38,834 nucleotides of DNA from a virus: IMG/VR virus record IMGVR_UViG_3300045988_143259. One strand, written 5' to 3'. Below are positions 7,453-16,643 of this stretch, piece after piece; position 1 is the stretch's first letter; every line of letters begins with the position of its first letter. The notes beneath the pieces are model-generated. The model was not told the DNA's origin. It searched no databases and was given only the letters and a program-made list of their open reading frames with translations. Made by a program: the position numbers and the translations under genes.

Positions 7453-9014
7453 TGGTCACACCTCTCCATCGTTAGAGTCATCATGTGGACGGGGGCCAGC
7501 TCATGGGAGACTGCCGTCACCCAAAACTCGCCCACCTCATCGGGGATATTTACCTTCATCCGGCAACCGGCAACCACTTTGTCTGAGCCGTACACCCGGC
7601 AACTAAACGTCTCCTTCGTCCGGTTTTTCTTCCCCAGCAGGTTTTTTGCTTTCGCCGTGGCGCTCACTGTGTCGGTGTCAGAAAACGTCTCCAAAGCCGT
7701 CCGCTTGCCGTAGCGCTTGATGCTGGCTTCACTGGAGGCCACGCCCTGGACAGATACGGTATCGTCCTGCTCGCTGTATACGGTGATGTGGTTCCGCAAG
7801 TCGGAAATGTCCCAGGATACTTGAGGGCTTGCGATCTCCTGCATCACATCAAACGCTGCTAGGTTGCTCTCCTGCCGGTACCACGCCGTGATACATTTCT
7901 GGGCGTAGGACCGAATCACCAGCGTGTTCCCCATCATCCGGGGAAAATAGGTCACGCCGTTCTCACTGGTCACGGTCTCCAAAATCTTTTGAATGATGTT
8001 GGAGGTCGTATCTTTTTCTGTGCCGTACACGGAAGAAATCAGGTTCGGGCAGGAAATCCGCTGGATGCCGACTTTGTTGGCCAGTTGGCTGAGCGCGTCC
8101 TTGGCCGGGATGTTGTTAAACTGCATGATCACGTCGTTGGTGGTCAGCAGCCGTCCCGCGTCGTGGCACACAATGCTCATGCTCTCGCTGTAACTGCCGC
8201 TCACGCTCTGCACCTGCCCCAGGAAAATACACTCCCCAGAGGCCAGGTTGCTCACGCTGACCAAATCGCCGCACATGATCCGCAGCGGCGGGAAGAATTT
8301 CTCCCCCCGTGCTTGGAGTACGGAAAACGTAAACTCCACCGCCACGCTCTCGCTGTCGTCCGTCAGGGTAGGGGAGCCGCAACGGTCTGTAATGTCCCGT
8401 GTCCTATTATTATTGCCCAGCGCCTGCCACACGATTTTATACCGGTCGGGGTTTTTGTACGGGGTATCATCTGCATACACCGTGTAGATTTTCTCCGTTT
8501 GCGGGATATGAATCACGGTGACTTTTTCATCCGCCTCATCCGTGGTGGCGGAAAACCCGTCTGTCCCGGCGGAAGCAATCGGTCCGCCGGTGTACTTGCC
8601 TGCTGTGTCGCTGTATTTGACGTAGTTGGACGGGTTGACCGGCGTCCCGTTGACGTGTACCTCGAAATGGAGGTGATACCCCGTCACGCCGCCGGTGTTG
8701 CCAACTCTGGCAATGGTCTGCCCGGCCTGGACAGTTTGGCCCAGCTTGACGCCGATGCTGGAACAGTGCTGGTACAGCGTCGAGATGCCGCCGCCGTGGT
8801 TGATGATGCAAAATTTGCCCCTGGCCTTGGAGGTCCAGACCTTCGTCACGTTGCCCCCACGGGCCGCAATGATCGGCGTCCCGTTGGAAGCCGGAATGTC
8901 GATGCCTGCATGGTTGCTGGATGACATCCCGTTAGACGTTTTGAAAGACTTCCGGTAGCCAAAGGGGGACGATATGCGACTGTAACCCGGCACCGGCCAA
9001 ATCATCTGTCCCAT
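7449..9014 (-). CDS. baseplate hub (XkdQ / gpD-like) fused to an N-terminal M23 peptidase
   Basis: HAGIDIPASNGTPIIAARGGNV...GYHLHFEVHVNGTPVNP gives the M23 HxxxD and HxH motifs. The remaining roughly 380 aa sit in the XkdQ position. Confidence 0.85.
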   Translation of the reverse strand: MGQMIWPVPGYSRISSPFGYRKSFKTSNGMSSSNHAGIDIPASNGTPIIAARGGNVTKVWTSKARGKFCIINHGGGISTLYQHCSSIGVKLGQTVQAGQTIARVGNTGGVTGYHLHFEVHVNGTPVNPSNYVKYSDTAGKYTGGPIASAGTDGFSATTDEADEKVTVIHIPQTEKIYTVYADDTPYKNPDRYKIVWQALGNNNRTRDITDRCGSPTLTDDSESVAVEFTFSVLQARGEKFFPPLRIMCGDLVSVSNLASGECIFLGQVQSVSGSYSESMSIVCHDAGRLLTTNDVIMQFNNIPAKDALSQLANKVGIQRISCPNLISSVYGTEKDTTSNIIQKILETVTSENGVTYFPRMMGNTLVIRSYAQKCITAWYRQESNLAAFDVMQEIASPQVSWDISDLRNHITVYSEQDDTVSVQGVASSEASIKRYGKRTALETFSDTDTVSATAKAKNLLGKKNRTKETFSCRVYGSDKVVAGCRMKVNIPDEVGEFWVTAVSHELAPVHMMTLTMERCDQ

Positions 9015-9027
9015 GTTCGTCCCCCTC

Positions 9028-9960
9028 TCAGTTTGGATATGGTGAGCTTACGCTCTTGAAATTCCAGCGCTGTGCCCGTTTGCAGGGCCAGCTTGGGTAA
9101 AACCAGTTGTGCGCTCCGTCCCCGGCGTACCATTTGTACTGCTTCGGCAGCACCCGGCCCACGTTGGTCTGCCCGGCTTTCTCCCGGCTCCAGCGGTCCA
9201 GTACGTCGGTGGCCAGGGCTACCAGGTCATAGCCGTGGTCGCTGACTGTCGGCGCACCGGCTTTGTAATAAAACTGATTCGCCGCCAGGGCCACCGACTG
9301 GATGTTTTTTCCCATGCCCGCGTCCACGCGGTTGAGGATACACCAGCCAATGCAGGCGATCTCCGTTTTGCTTTTGATGCCGCGGGCCTCGCCGTACATG
9401 ATTTTTGCGATGATGGTAGCGTCGCTCTTGGTGTACCGTTTGGTAAATGTTCCCCCGCTGGAGGAGCCGGTACTCGCGTTGAGCTGTGCCGCCGTCTGGG
9501 TTTTTTCGCCCGCCGCGTCCTTTGGCTTGCCTAACGTGGCGGCGGAACCGTTGGCAAAGCGATACTCTTTGAAATCAATGGTGTACCCAATGTCCCCGGC
9601 CTGGTCGATCCAATACTCGAAATTTTCCACGGTCACGGGAAGGTTGAATACCTCCTGGCTGTTATTATCCAGGTGCAGCGCCCGAAACGGGATTTTCCGT
9701 TTTCGGACTGCTTCGATCACTCGGACGTAGTGCCAGCCGTTGATGGAGGAATAGGGGCGCAGGAAAGAGTAGCGTTTCAGCGGGAAAAAGCTGGTGATGG
9801 AAAACGTGGCTAATTTCATGTTGCCCAAGGCTTGCAGTTCGTGGTTGATGCCGTCAAATGCCTGGTTGTCCTGGTCCCTGGAAAGCTGGATGCCCGCATT
9901 GGGCACCACCGGGAAAACCAGCACTTCTTCCTTGTTGTTGTAACTCAAGGTAAAATCCAT
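9028..9960 (-). CDS. tail protein (XkdP position) with a C-terminal SleB-type cell-wall hydrolase (Hydrolase_2) domain
   Basis: YGEARGIKSKTEIACIGWCILNRVD...ANQFYY fits the SleB/CwlJ family. ATG 9960 shares one base with the tape-measure stop (TGATG). Confidence 0.8.
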   Translation of the reverse strand: MDFTLSYNNKEEVLVFPVVPNAGIQLSRDQDNQAFDGINHELQALGNMKLATFSITSFFPLKRYSFLRPYSSINGWHYVRVIEAVRKRKIPFRALHLDNNSQEVFNLPVTVENFEYWIDQAGDIGYTIDFKEYRFANGSAATLGKPKDAAGEKTQTAAQLNASTGSSSGGTFTKRYTKSDATIIAKIMYGEARGIKSKTEIACIGWCILNRVDAGMGKNIQSVALAANQFYYKAGAPTVSDHGYDLVALATDVLDRWSREKAGQTNVGRVLPKQYKWYAGDGAHNWFYPSWPCKRAQRWNFKSVSSPYPN

Positions 9961-11798
9961 CAAACCACCCCCTGGGCCACCAGAATTTTGTTGGCGATGT
10001 ACGCGCCGGTCTGTTCCATAAACGCCCGGTTGCCGATCACGTTCCCCTGGATCGTCACCTGTACACTTACGTTGTTGGCCTTCTGTTGCTTTTTGGCAAC
10101 GTCGTGAGGGATGATCTGCGTCCCGTTGGGCAGGTTCATGATCTCACCACGCCCGCCCTCATTGACCCTGGTCAGGCCTCCCCGGAAATACGGCGTGCCG
10201 GTCGCCTTGCCGCCGTAGGTAGCAAGTGTTGGCTGATTGCTATCGCCACCGCCGAAGAAGTTGCTCACAGCATTCTTTACTTTCCCGATGACGTTTTGTA
10301 TTTTCTCAATCTTATCGCTGATCCAGTCGATTACCGGCTGCACCTTTTCTTTCACAGCGTTAAAAGCACCCACGATAGTATCCCGGATTTTGCCAAAAAC
10401 AGCCTTGATTTTCTCCCAAAGTTCTTGTGCTTTCGCTTTGATTTTATCCCAGTTTTTGTACAGTAATACTCCGATGGCAATCACTGCTGGGATTATCACA
10501 AGGACAACACCGAGAGGGGATAACAAGAAAGACTTTAATGCAGTTCCAACGGCCATGAGCGCAATTTTCAGCGTCCCCAAAACTCCTACCATTTGTATAG
10601 ATGCGTAGACTCCTGCTATTTGGTTTACAGCAAGTGACTTTATACTTATGCCAAACGCAAGCATCCCTGTCTTAGCAATAGAAAGTCCGTCCGATAGCAA
10701 CTTTATTTTTGCTGCAACATCAGATACGATAGAAATCGCGGACATTGCCGCGGCAACAGCTAAAATAGCCGGAATCAAAGTGTCCGCATGTTGTATTGCA
10801 AACTCCAAGATTGGGCCGATAACACCCCACGCTGTCTCGATTCCAGCTTGCACCTTCTGCACCGCTTCTGTGATCATAGGCGCGTATTTGCTCACGTCGA
10901 TGGTTTCAATTTTTGCCTTGAACGCCTCGACCTTTTGCAGCACCCATTCCAGCACGGAGCCGGTGGAAACGCTGCCGTCGGACGCTACGCCCAGCAGTTC
11001 CCAGAGCTTGCCCTTGGCGATCACGCTGGCCTCGCCCAGGGCACCGGTGACCTTTTGCATGGCCACCTCGTTTTGACGGGCCTGGATGAGCGCTTTGTTG
11101 TTGGCATAAAACGCATCAGCTGCACCGTAATAGGTGTCTGCCAGGGTGTCCATGATGATTTGCGCACGCTTAGCGGTGGCATTGGTAGCTGCAAGTTTCG
11201 CGTTCATTTGATCTTCGCTCACTTTACCAGCCCAATTGAGTGCATCGGCGAGAACACCAGTGACTTTACCCGTCCTTAAAGACTCGTTGGCACTTTCCAC
11301 CAAGGAATTAATTGGGAGAGAATCACCAAATTTACCGCTGACTCCGGCCGCTATTTTTGTCCATTTTGACACATCTTCTTGGTTTCTTGCCAACTGAGAG
11401 AGTAACTGGGACGCCTCAGTTGCCGTGTCCGTGTCGCCCAGAATCGAATAAAATCCGCTGTATGCCTGCTGTGCAACGTCCGAGCTAAAGCCAACGGACT
11501 GATAGGCCGTGTTCAGTTTGCCCATGGCCCGGCGATACTCTTCTGTGGCTTCCGCCATGCCGATGAAACCGGCGGTGATGCCCGCAAAGCTGATGCCTGC
11601 CAGTGCTGCGCCGACTTTGCCGATGTTTTTCACGGCGCTGCCAAAGCCGTTGCGGACGGTCCGGGAAAACTTCATCACCTGGGCAGAGCATTTCTGCATT
11701 GCCAGGCTTTGTTCTTTTGTGAGTTTTCCCGCCTTTTCCATTTTGCTTGTGAATTTGTCCTGGAGCTTCAGGAGGATATTAACGTTTTTCGTTGCCAA
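9960..11798 (-). CDS. tail tape measure protein
   Basis: 612 aa, helical, with hydrophobic TM-like segments in the C-terminal half. TTG 11798 follows GGGAGG, and a TGA lies two codons upstream in frame. The gene follows the chaperone pair. Confidence 0.9.
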   Translation of the reverse strand: MATKNVNILLKLQDKFTSKMEKAGKLTKEQSLAMQKCSAQVMKFSRTVRNGFGSAVKNIGKVGAALAGISFAGITAGFIGMAEATEEYRRAMGKLNTAYQSVGFSSDVAQQAYSGFYSILGDTDTATEASQLLSQLARNQEDVSKWTKIAAGVSGKFGDSLPINSLVESANESLRTGKVTGVLADALNWAGKVSEDQMNAKLAATNATAKRAQIIMDTLADTYYGAADAFYANNKALIQARQNEVAMQKVTGALGEASVIAKGKLWELLGVASDGSVSTGSVLEWVLQKVEAFKAKIETIDVSKYAPMITEAVQKVQAGIETAWGVIGPILEFAIQHADTLIPAILAVAAAMSAISIVSDVAAKIKLLSDGLSIAKTGMLAFGISIKSLAVNQIAGVYASIQMVGVLGTLKIALMAVGTALKSFLLSPLGVVLVIIPAVIAIGVLLYKNWDKIKAKAQELWEKIKAVFGKIRDTIVGAFNAVKEKVQPVIDWISDKIEKIQNVIGKVKNAVSNFFGGGDSNQPTLATYGGKATGTPYFRGGLTRVNEGGRGEIMNLPNGTQIIPHDVAKKQQKANNVSVQVTIQGNVIGNRAFMEQTGAYIANKILVAQGVV

Positions 11799-12323
11799 GA
11801 TTCAGCGCCTCCCTCATGTAGTCCAGTTCCAGTTCCCACGCCACCCGGAGAAACCGCAGTTCTCCGGGCCGCAGCTCGACCAACTCCCGCAGGGAGTGGC
11901 CCCGGTTTGCGTAGTGGGCGATGGTTGCCAGTTCCGCATCGCCCCGAATCAGTTTTTTAAGTCTTCATCCAGGTCCACGCCGTAAAAAGATGAGATCGTC
12001 GTCACCAGGGCGTTCATGTCCATGATGCTTTCCCGCAGAATCTTGGGCACGATGTCCAGCGGGTCTTTGCATTCATAAACCTCCTGGAGCTGCTCATTGT
12101 GCAGGATAGGACAACAGGCGTAGATCATCTCATACTGGGCTTCCAGCATCGCCTTGGTGTCGCCTTTCTGGGTTCGATCCATGTAGTCCATGAATTTCAC
12201 AAGCGGAATGCGGTGTACTTCCAGTTCACCGTCCAAAATGTGCAAATAGACTCTCTTCACTTCGTCCTGCTGCCAGCCTTTTTTGGCTAACAGGTCCTCA
12301 ATGGTCAGCAGTTTTTTTACCAT
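11779..12323 (-). CDS. tail assembly chaperone, -1 frameshift-extended product (124 + 57 aa)
   Basis: Heptamer A_AAA_AAC (minus strand, 11958-11952) lies directly before the stop. The -1 frame stays open for 57 protein-like codons (LIRGDAELATIAHYANRGHSLRELVELRPGELRFLRVAWELELDYMREALNLGNEKR). It fills an otherwise empty 150-nt gap and ends inside the tape-measure start region. Confidence 0.75.
11949..12323 (-). CDS. tail assembly chaperone (XkdN-like), zero-frame product
   Basis: 124 aa lying between the tube and tape-measure genes. It ends ...DLKN-TGA on the slippery A_AAA_AAC. Confidence 0.85.
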   Translation of the reverse strand: MVKKLLTIEDLLAKKGWQQDEVKRVYLHILDGELEVHRIPLVKFMDYMDRTQKGDTKAMLEAQYEMIYACCPILHNEQLQEVYECKDPLDIVPKILRESIMDMNALVTTISSFYGVDLDEDLKN

Positions 12324-12334
12324 ACGTTCTCACC

Positions 12335-12766
12335 TCACTCGATCATGTCCAGCATCTCGAAACTGCCCGCCGTGAAGGGGACTTCTTCCTCCAAGACAGT
12401 CTTATTCTCAAACTTGTTCAGCGTGATCTCATCCAGATGCACGTCATACAGCGCACAGCGCTCCGTGCCGTCGCTCTGGGGGTCGCTCAGGCTGGCGACG
12501 ATCTTCACTTCCGGCAGCTCGCCGGTCATAATGGCGGACTGGTAGAGCTTGAGAATAGCACTGTCGAACTTGTGCAGGGTCATCGTGCCCGCAATGGAGT
12601 AGCCCATGTACCGTTTTTTCTGGCCGAAATCGCCGTTGATGTCCAGATCCTCATAGTCGATGGTCGCTTTGGCTTCAAAGCTTTTCACGTTGGCCATGAG
12701 TTCCCCGTTGACCCACACGCGGCCAAAGGTGCCGCGAATGACTTTGTTATGACTAAATTTGCCCAT
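12335..12766 (-). CDS. tail tube protein (XkdM-like)
   Basis: MGKFSHNKVIRGTFGRVWVNGELMANVKSFEAKATIDYEDL fits the XkdM/DUF2001 pattern. The gene follows the sheath. Confidence 0.9.
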   Translation of the reverse strand: MGKFSHNKVIRGTFGRVWVNGELMANVKSFEAKATIDYEDLDINGDFGQKKRYMGYSIAGTMTLHKFDSAILKLYQSAIMTGELPEVKIVASLSDPQSDGTERCALYDVHLDEITLNKFENKTVLEEEVPFTAGSFEMLDMIE

Positions 12767-12780
12767 GTGTCACACCTCCG

Positions 12781-13845
12781 TTAGCCCATGGTAAAGACCA
12801 TCCGCATGTCCTCCATAGCGTCCAGGATATGCGCCTGTGCCGCCACGAAGACCTGAGAACGATAGGTCTTCTTCTTGACCTGTGCGTCCGTCAGCGACGC
12901 CGTGGACGTTCCAGCGGCTTCCCAGGCCGCCCGCATAGCGGACACATCGATGGAGACGCTGATGCCCTCGCTGTCTACCACGTCCTCGTCTGCCAGGGCG
13001 CGGAGATAGCTGGAGACGTCCGTCACAAACAGTGCCTGGTTGTCCGCCGTGTTTTTCACCCGGCCCAGGTAGCTGCCTTTGAACGTGCGGATAATATCTT
13101 CCTGAATGAGGTCCATAGCCTCGACCACCGCGATCTTTTTCATGTCGTCGGTCAGGTCGCCCGTCACGGTTTTCAGGGTGTTTACGCCGCGTGCGATGCG
13201 GATGGTGTCATCGTCCGAAAACAGGCACAGGTTTCCGCCGTCGATGCTGGCGTCCAGGCCAGTCACGGCCTCCACCGCCTCCAGATCGTCCAGGGCCTGG
13301 AAGGTCACTGCTTCGTCCATCGGGCAGGCGGCCAGGATACCGGCCAGGCGGGGGAGATAGTTGTTGATGTCAATGGCGGTCTTCTCGCCCTTGAGCGTTA
13401 CCTTGGTGTTGGCAACGTTGACGATGTGAATATCGTCTGCGTTTTCCTGCCCGCTCACCAGCGCCTTAGCCTTACGAATACGTCTGGGGGCGTTGATGCC
13501 CTTGACGTAGGTCACAAGACCAGCCTGGAACGTCGCAGGGACGGCACAAACCCAGTTGTAGCTCAGCTGGTCAAGGATAGCCTGTGCATCGGTCATGGTC
13601 TTATCGGCACCAACCCGAACAGCGATCACCTGATAGGGACCAGCCGCAAACGCACGGGACAGAATGGCGTAATTCTCAGCCGTCCAGTCTTCCTTAGCTA
13701 CCTCATCCAGCGCGGTATAGGTTCGGCTGGTAAAATCGTTTTTGGTGGTGTCCTGCAAGATCACCGCCAGAATCCCCCTGGCCGACCGCGCCGTCGCCGT
13801 GGTCGCCAGCTTCTTAAACTCAACGGAAATCGTAGGAAGTCCCAT
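12781..13845 (-). CDS. contractile tail sheath protein (XkdK-like)
   Basis: 354 aa, directly upstream of the tube gene, with the small-sheath family pattern. Confidence 0.9.
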   Translation of the reverse strand: MGLPTISVEFKKLATTATARSARGILAVILQDTTKNDFTSRTYTALDEVAKEDWTAENYAILSRAFAAGPYQVIAVRVGADKTMTDAQAILDQLSYNWVCAVPATFQAGLVTYVKGINAPRRIRKAKALVSGQENADDIHIVNVANTKVTLKGEKTAIDINNYLPRLAGILAACPMDEAVTFQALDDLEAVEAVTGLDASIDGGNLCLFSDDDTIRIARGVNTLKTVTGDLTDDMKKIAVVEAMDLIQEDIIRTFKGSYLGRVKNTADNQALFVTDVSSYLRALADEDVVDSEGISVSIDVSAMRAAWEAAGTSTASLTDAQVKKKTYRSQVFVAAQAHILDAMEDMRMVFTMG

Positions 13846-13846
13846 A

Positions 13847-14287
13847 TCATCCGTCCTTTCTGTTGATGGTCAGGCTCTCCATGGTGAGGGCCTGCTCTGC
13901 GTCCCGGAGCTGATACGTCTCAACTGTCAGGGTGACGGTCAAAGTCATATCGTCCCGGTCTAACATAAATTCGATCTCATCCGGGTAGAGAAAAAACTGC
14001 TCTTCCACCACCACCGGCTCTTGCAGAGCCTCCGCCAGTTTTGCTTCCCATTCCAGCAGGGAGAGATAGCCCTCGCGGGTCCGCTCCCCAAACCGGATGA
14101 GTTCCAGCTCGTGGGTGTCGTGTTGGAGTTCGCCCTCGCGGGCGGTCTCGCTGTACACCGGCTGGATGTAGGTGGTGGGCCGGGTGAAGCCCTCGGTGAT
14201 GTCCTTGGTGGTGGGTGGCTCTCCAAACAGGCTCTCGATCAGCCCGGACAGCCCCCGGATGGTGTCGATGATGCTGATTTTGCTCAT
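13847..14287 (-). CDS. tail completion / terminator-position protein (XkdJ position)
   Basis: 146 aa with ATGA coupling to the gp10-like gene. Assigned by position only. Confidence 0.6.
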   Translation of the reverse strand: MSKISIIDTIRGLSGLIESLFGEPPTTKDITEGFTRPTTYIQPVYSETAREGELQHDTHELELIRFGERTREGYLSLLEWEAKLAEALQEPVVVEEQFFLYPDEIEFMLDRDDMTLTVTLTVETYQLRDAEQALTMESLTINRKDG

Positions 14288-14712
14288 ACCTCAAACCCTT
14301 TCGAGATCATCTCGTCCACAAAACCTTCCACGTCTCGCGGAAACTCTCGCTTGAGCTGTTTCGTCGTGTCCGCCGCCGGGTGCTTGCCTGGGACGAATTT
14401 TTCTGTTTTCGTCCCGTTGACCCACAGCACGTGGCCGTGTTCGATGAGGTGGGCGTGAGGGGCCTTGTTGTAGACGCGGATCTGGAAATCTCCGTTGTGC
14501 TTCTGCACACCCGTCCGGCGGATGCCTTTCAGCAGGTTGCCGGTCTTCTTCTTGGTCACGGCCTTGGTCTTGGCCCGCAGCAGGCGGCGTCCTTTGTTGC
14601 CCTCTTTTTTCAAAAAAGATTTGGCTTCGTCCGGGTAGACCCGCTCCGCGGTGCGAAACATGTTTTTTACCAGCTCGTCCAGCTCCCGCGTGTCCATGCC
14701 CTCAGTGCTCAC
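14284..14712 (-). CDS. HK97 gp10-family head-tail protein
   Basis: The YNKAPHAHLIEHGH motif. GTG 14712 follows GAGGTGAG; ATG 14697 is the alternative start. Confidence 0.8.
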   Translation of the reverse strand: MSTEGMDTRELDELVKNMFRTAERVYPDEAKSFLKKEGNKGRRLLRAKTKAVTKKKTGNLLKGIRRTGVQKHNGDFQIRVYNKAPHAHLIEHGHVLWVNGTKTEKFVPGKHPAADTTKQLKREFPRDVEGFVDEMISKGFEV

Positions 14713-15025
14713 CGACTCTCACCTCGCAAAAAATTTCCAGGGTTTTGTGGTCGTGGTAGGGGTCCATGATGTACAGGATGTCGTAAATTTCGCCCTCGAC
14801 CACAAACCACATGTCGGGCCGCAGATCGGGCCGCCAGCGGACGGTGATCTTGTGCGTGGTCCGGGACAGTTCGGTCTCCGCCGCCCGTCCCGTCAGCAGG
14901 CTCCCCGTCATAGGGGTCACCTTGGCCCACACGGTGTCCACCGTCTGCTCTTTCACCGGGTACTGCCCCAGCTTGTCGCGGGTCTCCGCCTGGACTTTTT
15001 GGCGGATGACGGCCCGGCACTTCAT
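14702..15025 (-). CDS. head closure / head-tail adaptor (SPP1 gp16-like)
   Basis: MKCRAVIRQKV...KVTPMTG...THKITVRWRPDL...IYDILYIMDP fits the Phage_H_T_join pattern. ATG 15025 lies 1 nt after the upstream stop. Confidence 0.8.
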   Translation of the reverse strand: MKCRAVIRQKVQAETRDKLGQYPVKEQTVDTVWAKVTPMTGSLLTGRAAETELSRTTHKITVRWRPDLRPDMWFVVEGEIYDILYIMDPYHDHKTLEIFCEVRVGEH

Positions 15026-15026
15026 G

Positions 15027-15368
15027 TCAGAGGCCAGATTCACTCTGTACGCCACCGTCCGCCACCTCCTGATTTGCTTCCGTGTAGGCCCGTTCCGCCT
15101 CTGCAACTAATTTCAGCTGCACGATAGCGTTGTCCAGGCCCCGGATGCTGCTCATGCCGCCGGACTCCGTCAAGCCCCGGTGCTCGTAAAATTCCAGCAC
15201 CAGGGCCTTGACGGCCAGGTCGTAGATCGGTACGTCGCCCTCCGGCTCCGGCACGCCTGCGTTGTCCAGGTACGCTTTGGCCGCGTCGATCAGGCTCAGG
15301 AGCAGTTCGTCCTCGAAGCCGCCGTCAATGCGGCAGTAGCCCTTGACGGCTTCCAGCGTCACGGCCAT
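15027..15368 (-). CDS. gp6-like head-tail connector protein
   Basis: MAVTLEAVKGYCRIDGGFEDELLLSLIDAAKAYLDNAGV is the typical Phage_connect_1 N-terminus. Confidence 0.8.
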   Translation of the reverse strand: MAVTLEAVKGYCRIDGGFEDELLLSLIDAAKAYLDNAGVPEPEGDVPIYDLAVKALVLEFYEHRGLTESGGMSSIRGLDNAIVQLKLVAEAERAYTEANQEVADGGVQSESGL

Positions 15369-15371
15369 GGC

Positions 15372-16643
15372 TTAGCCCCCGCTCTTGGGCAGGGTACCCA
15401 GCAGGAAGCCCTCCGGCTGCACCACGTTGCCGCCCACAAACACGTCGCCCAGGATGGTGTTCATGCGCTCCACCGCCTTGACAGACTCGTCGATGCGGAT
15501 GGAGTAGCCGCCGAAAAGGCCCAGCTCGTAGTTGATGGGGTCACCGTAGATCATGTGGACGGTGTCGGCGCTGGCAGAGGCAGTCGCGCCGGTCAGCGCG
15601 GTCAGCGCAGAGCCGATAGTGTAGGGCACGATCAGGCCGCCCTCGATGATCCGGCCCGTGTTGGCGTTGCCGGGGTCCTGCACGATCTCGTAGACGCGCT
15701 TGAGCTCATCGTTGCGCAGGGCGCCGATGGCCTGGAGGTCCTTTTTGTTCAGGTACAGCCGGGCAGAGCCGCCCATTTCCTCGTCGGTGCCATAGGCAAA
15801 AACAAAATCGTCCAGGAAACCGGCCTTGATCTGGGTGATGTTCACGGCCTTGCACATGGCGCGGCCCGCGGTGTCCTTGGCGGTCTTGATGCCAAACATG
15901 TCGGGCGTGGCCTGGCCGTCGCCGTTGTAGATCATGTTGGCAATTTTGCGCCGCATGGCTTTCATAGCCAGGCTGCGGATTTTCTCTTCGTAGGCGATGG
16001 GGGTCAGCTTGCTCAGGTTCCGGTCCACAAAAGTGGTCACGTTGACCTCGTAGGGGCTGATTTTCACCGCGCCGAAGGTGGGGTCAGAGATCGCGGTTCT
16101 CGCGGTCCCGGCCAGGGTGGCGATCTTGCCCGCCTGGGCCTCCGGCTCGCTGTACAGCAAGGGCTCCAGGATGCCGTTGGTGCCGGTCAGGTCCTGCACG
16201 GAGACCTGGTCCAGGATGCTGGACACGCCGGGCAGGTTGTCCCGGATGCTGGTGGCCAGTCTGGTGGGCTCCAGCAGGGTACCGGTGGCCAGGGTCACGG
16301 AGTTCTTCACGCGGCCACCCAGGCCCAGGCCGTCGATCACTTCCTCGATGGAAAAGGTGATCCGTCCGCCGTTGCGCAGCGTCTCCGCCCGCTCTTCGGC
16401 CCGGTCCTTCACGGCGGGGTCCACGGCGGGGTCCACGGCGGGGGCCTTGGCCCCGGCAAATTTGCCCTCCTGCTCCAGCAGAGCCTGATAGCCCTCGATC
16501 TCCGGGTTCAGGGCGGCGGCCTGAGCGGTCAGGTCCTTGCCCTTCTCGATGTCGTTTTCGGCAAAGGCGCTGTCAGCCTGGGCGATCAGGTCCGCCCGGC
16601 GGTTCAGCGCGTCCATGTATTTCTGTCTGGTGGTGCTGTTCAT
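15372..16643 (-). CDS. major capsid protein, HK97 family
   Basis: 423 aa with an N-terminal delta-like helical region. It follows the prohead protease with ATGA coupling. Confidence 0.9.
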   Translation of the reverse strand: MNSTTRQKYMDALNRRADLIAQADSAFAENDIEKGKDLTAQAAALNPEIEGYQALLEQEGKFAGAKAPAVDPAVDPAVKDRAEERAETLRNGGRITFSIEEVIDGLGLGGRVKNSVTLATGTLLEPTRLATSIRDNLPGVSSILDQVSVQDLTGTNGILEPLLYSEPEAQAGKIATLAGTARTAISDPTFGAVKISPYEVNVTTFVDRNLSKLTPIAYEEKIRSLAMKAMRRKIANMIYNGDGQATPDMFGIKTAKDTAGRAMCKAVNITQIKAGFLDDFVFAYGTDEEMGGSARLYLNKKDLQAIGALRNDELKRVYEIVQDPGNANTGRIIEGGLIVPYTIGSALTALTGATASASADTVHMIYGDPINYELGLFGGYSIRIDESVKAVERMNTILGDVFVGGNVVQPEGFLLGTLPKSGG

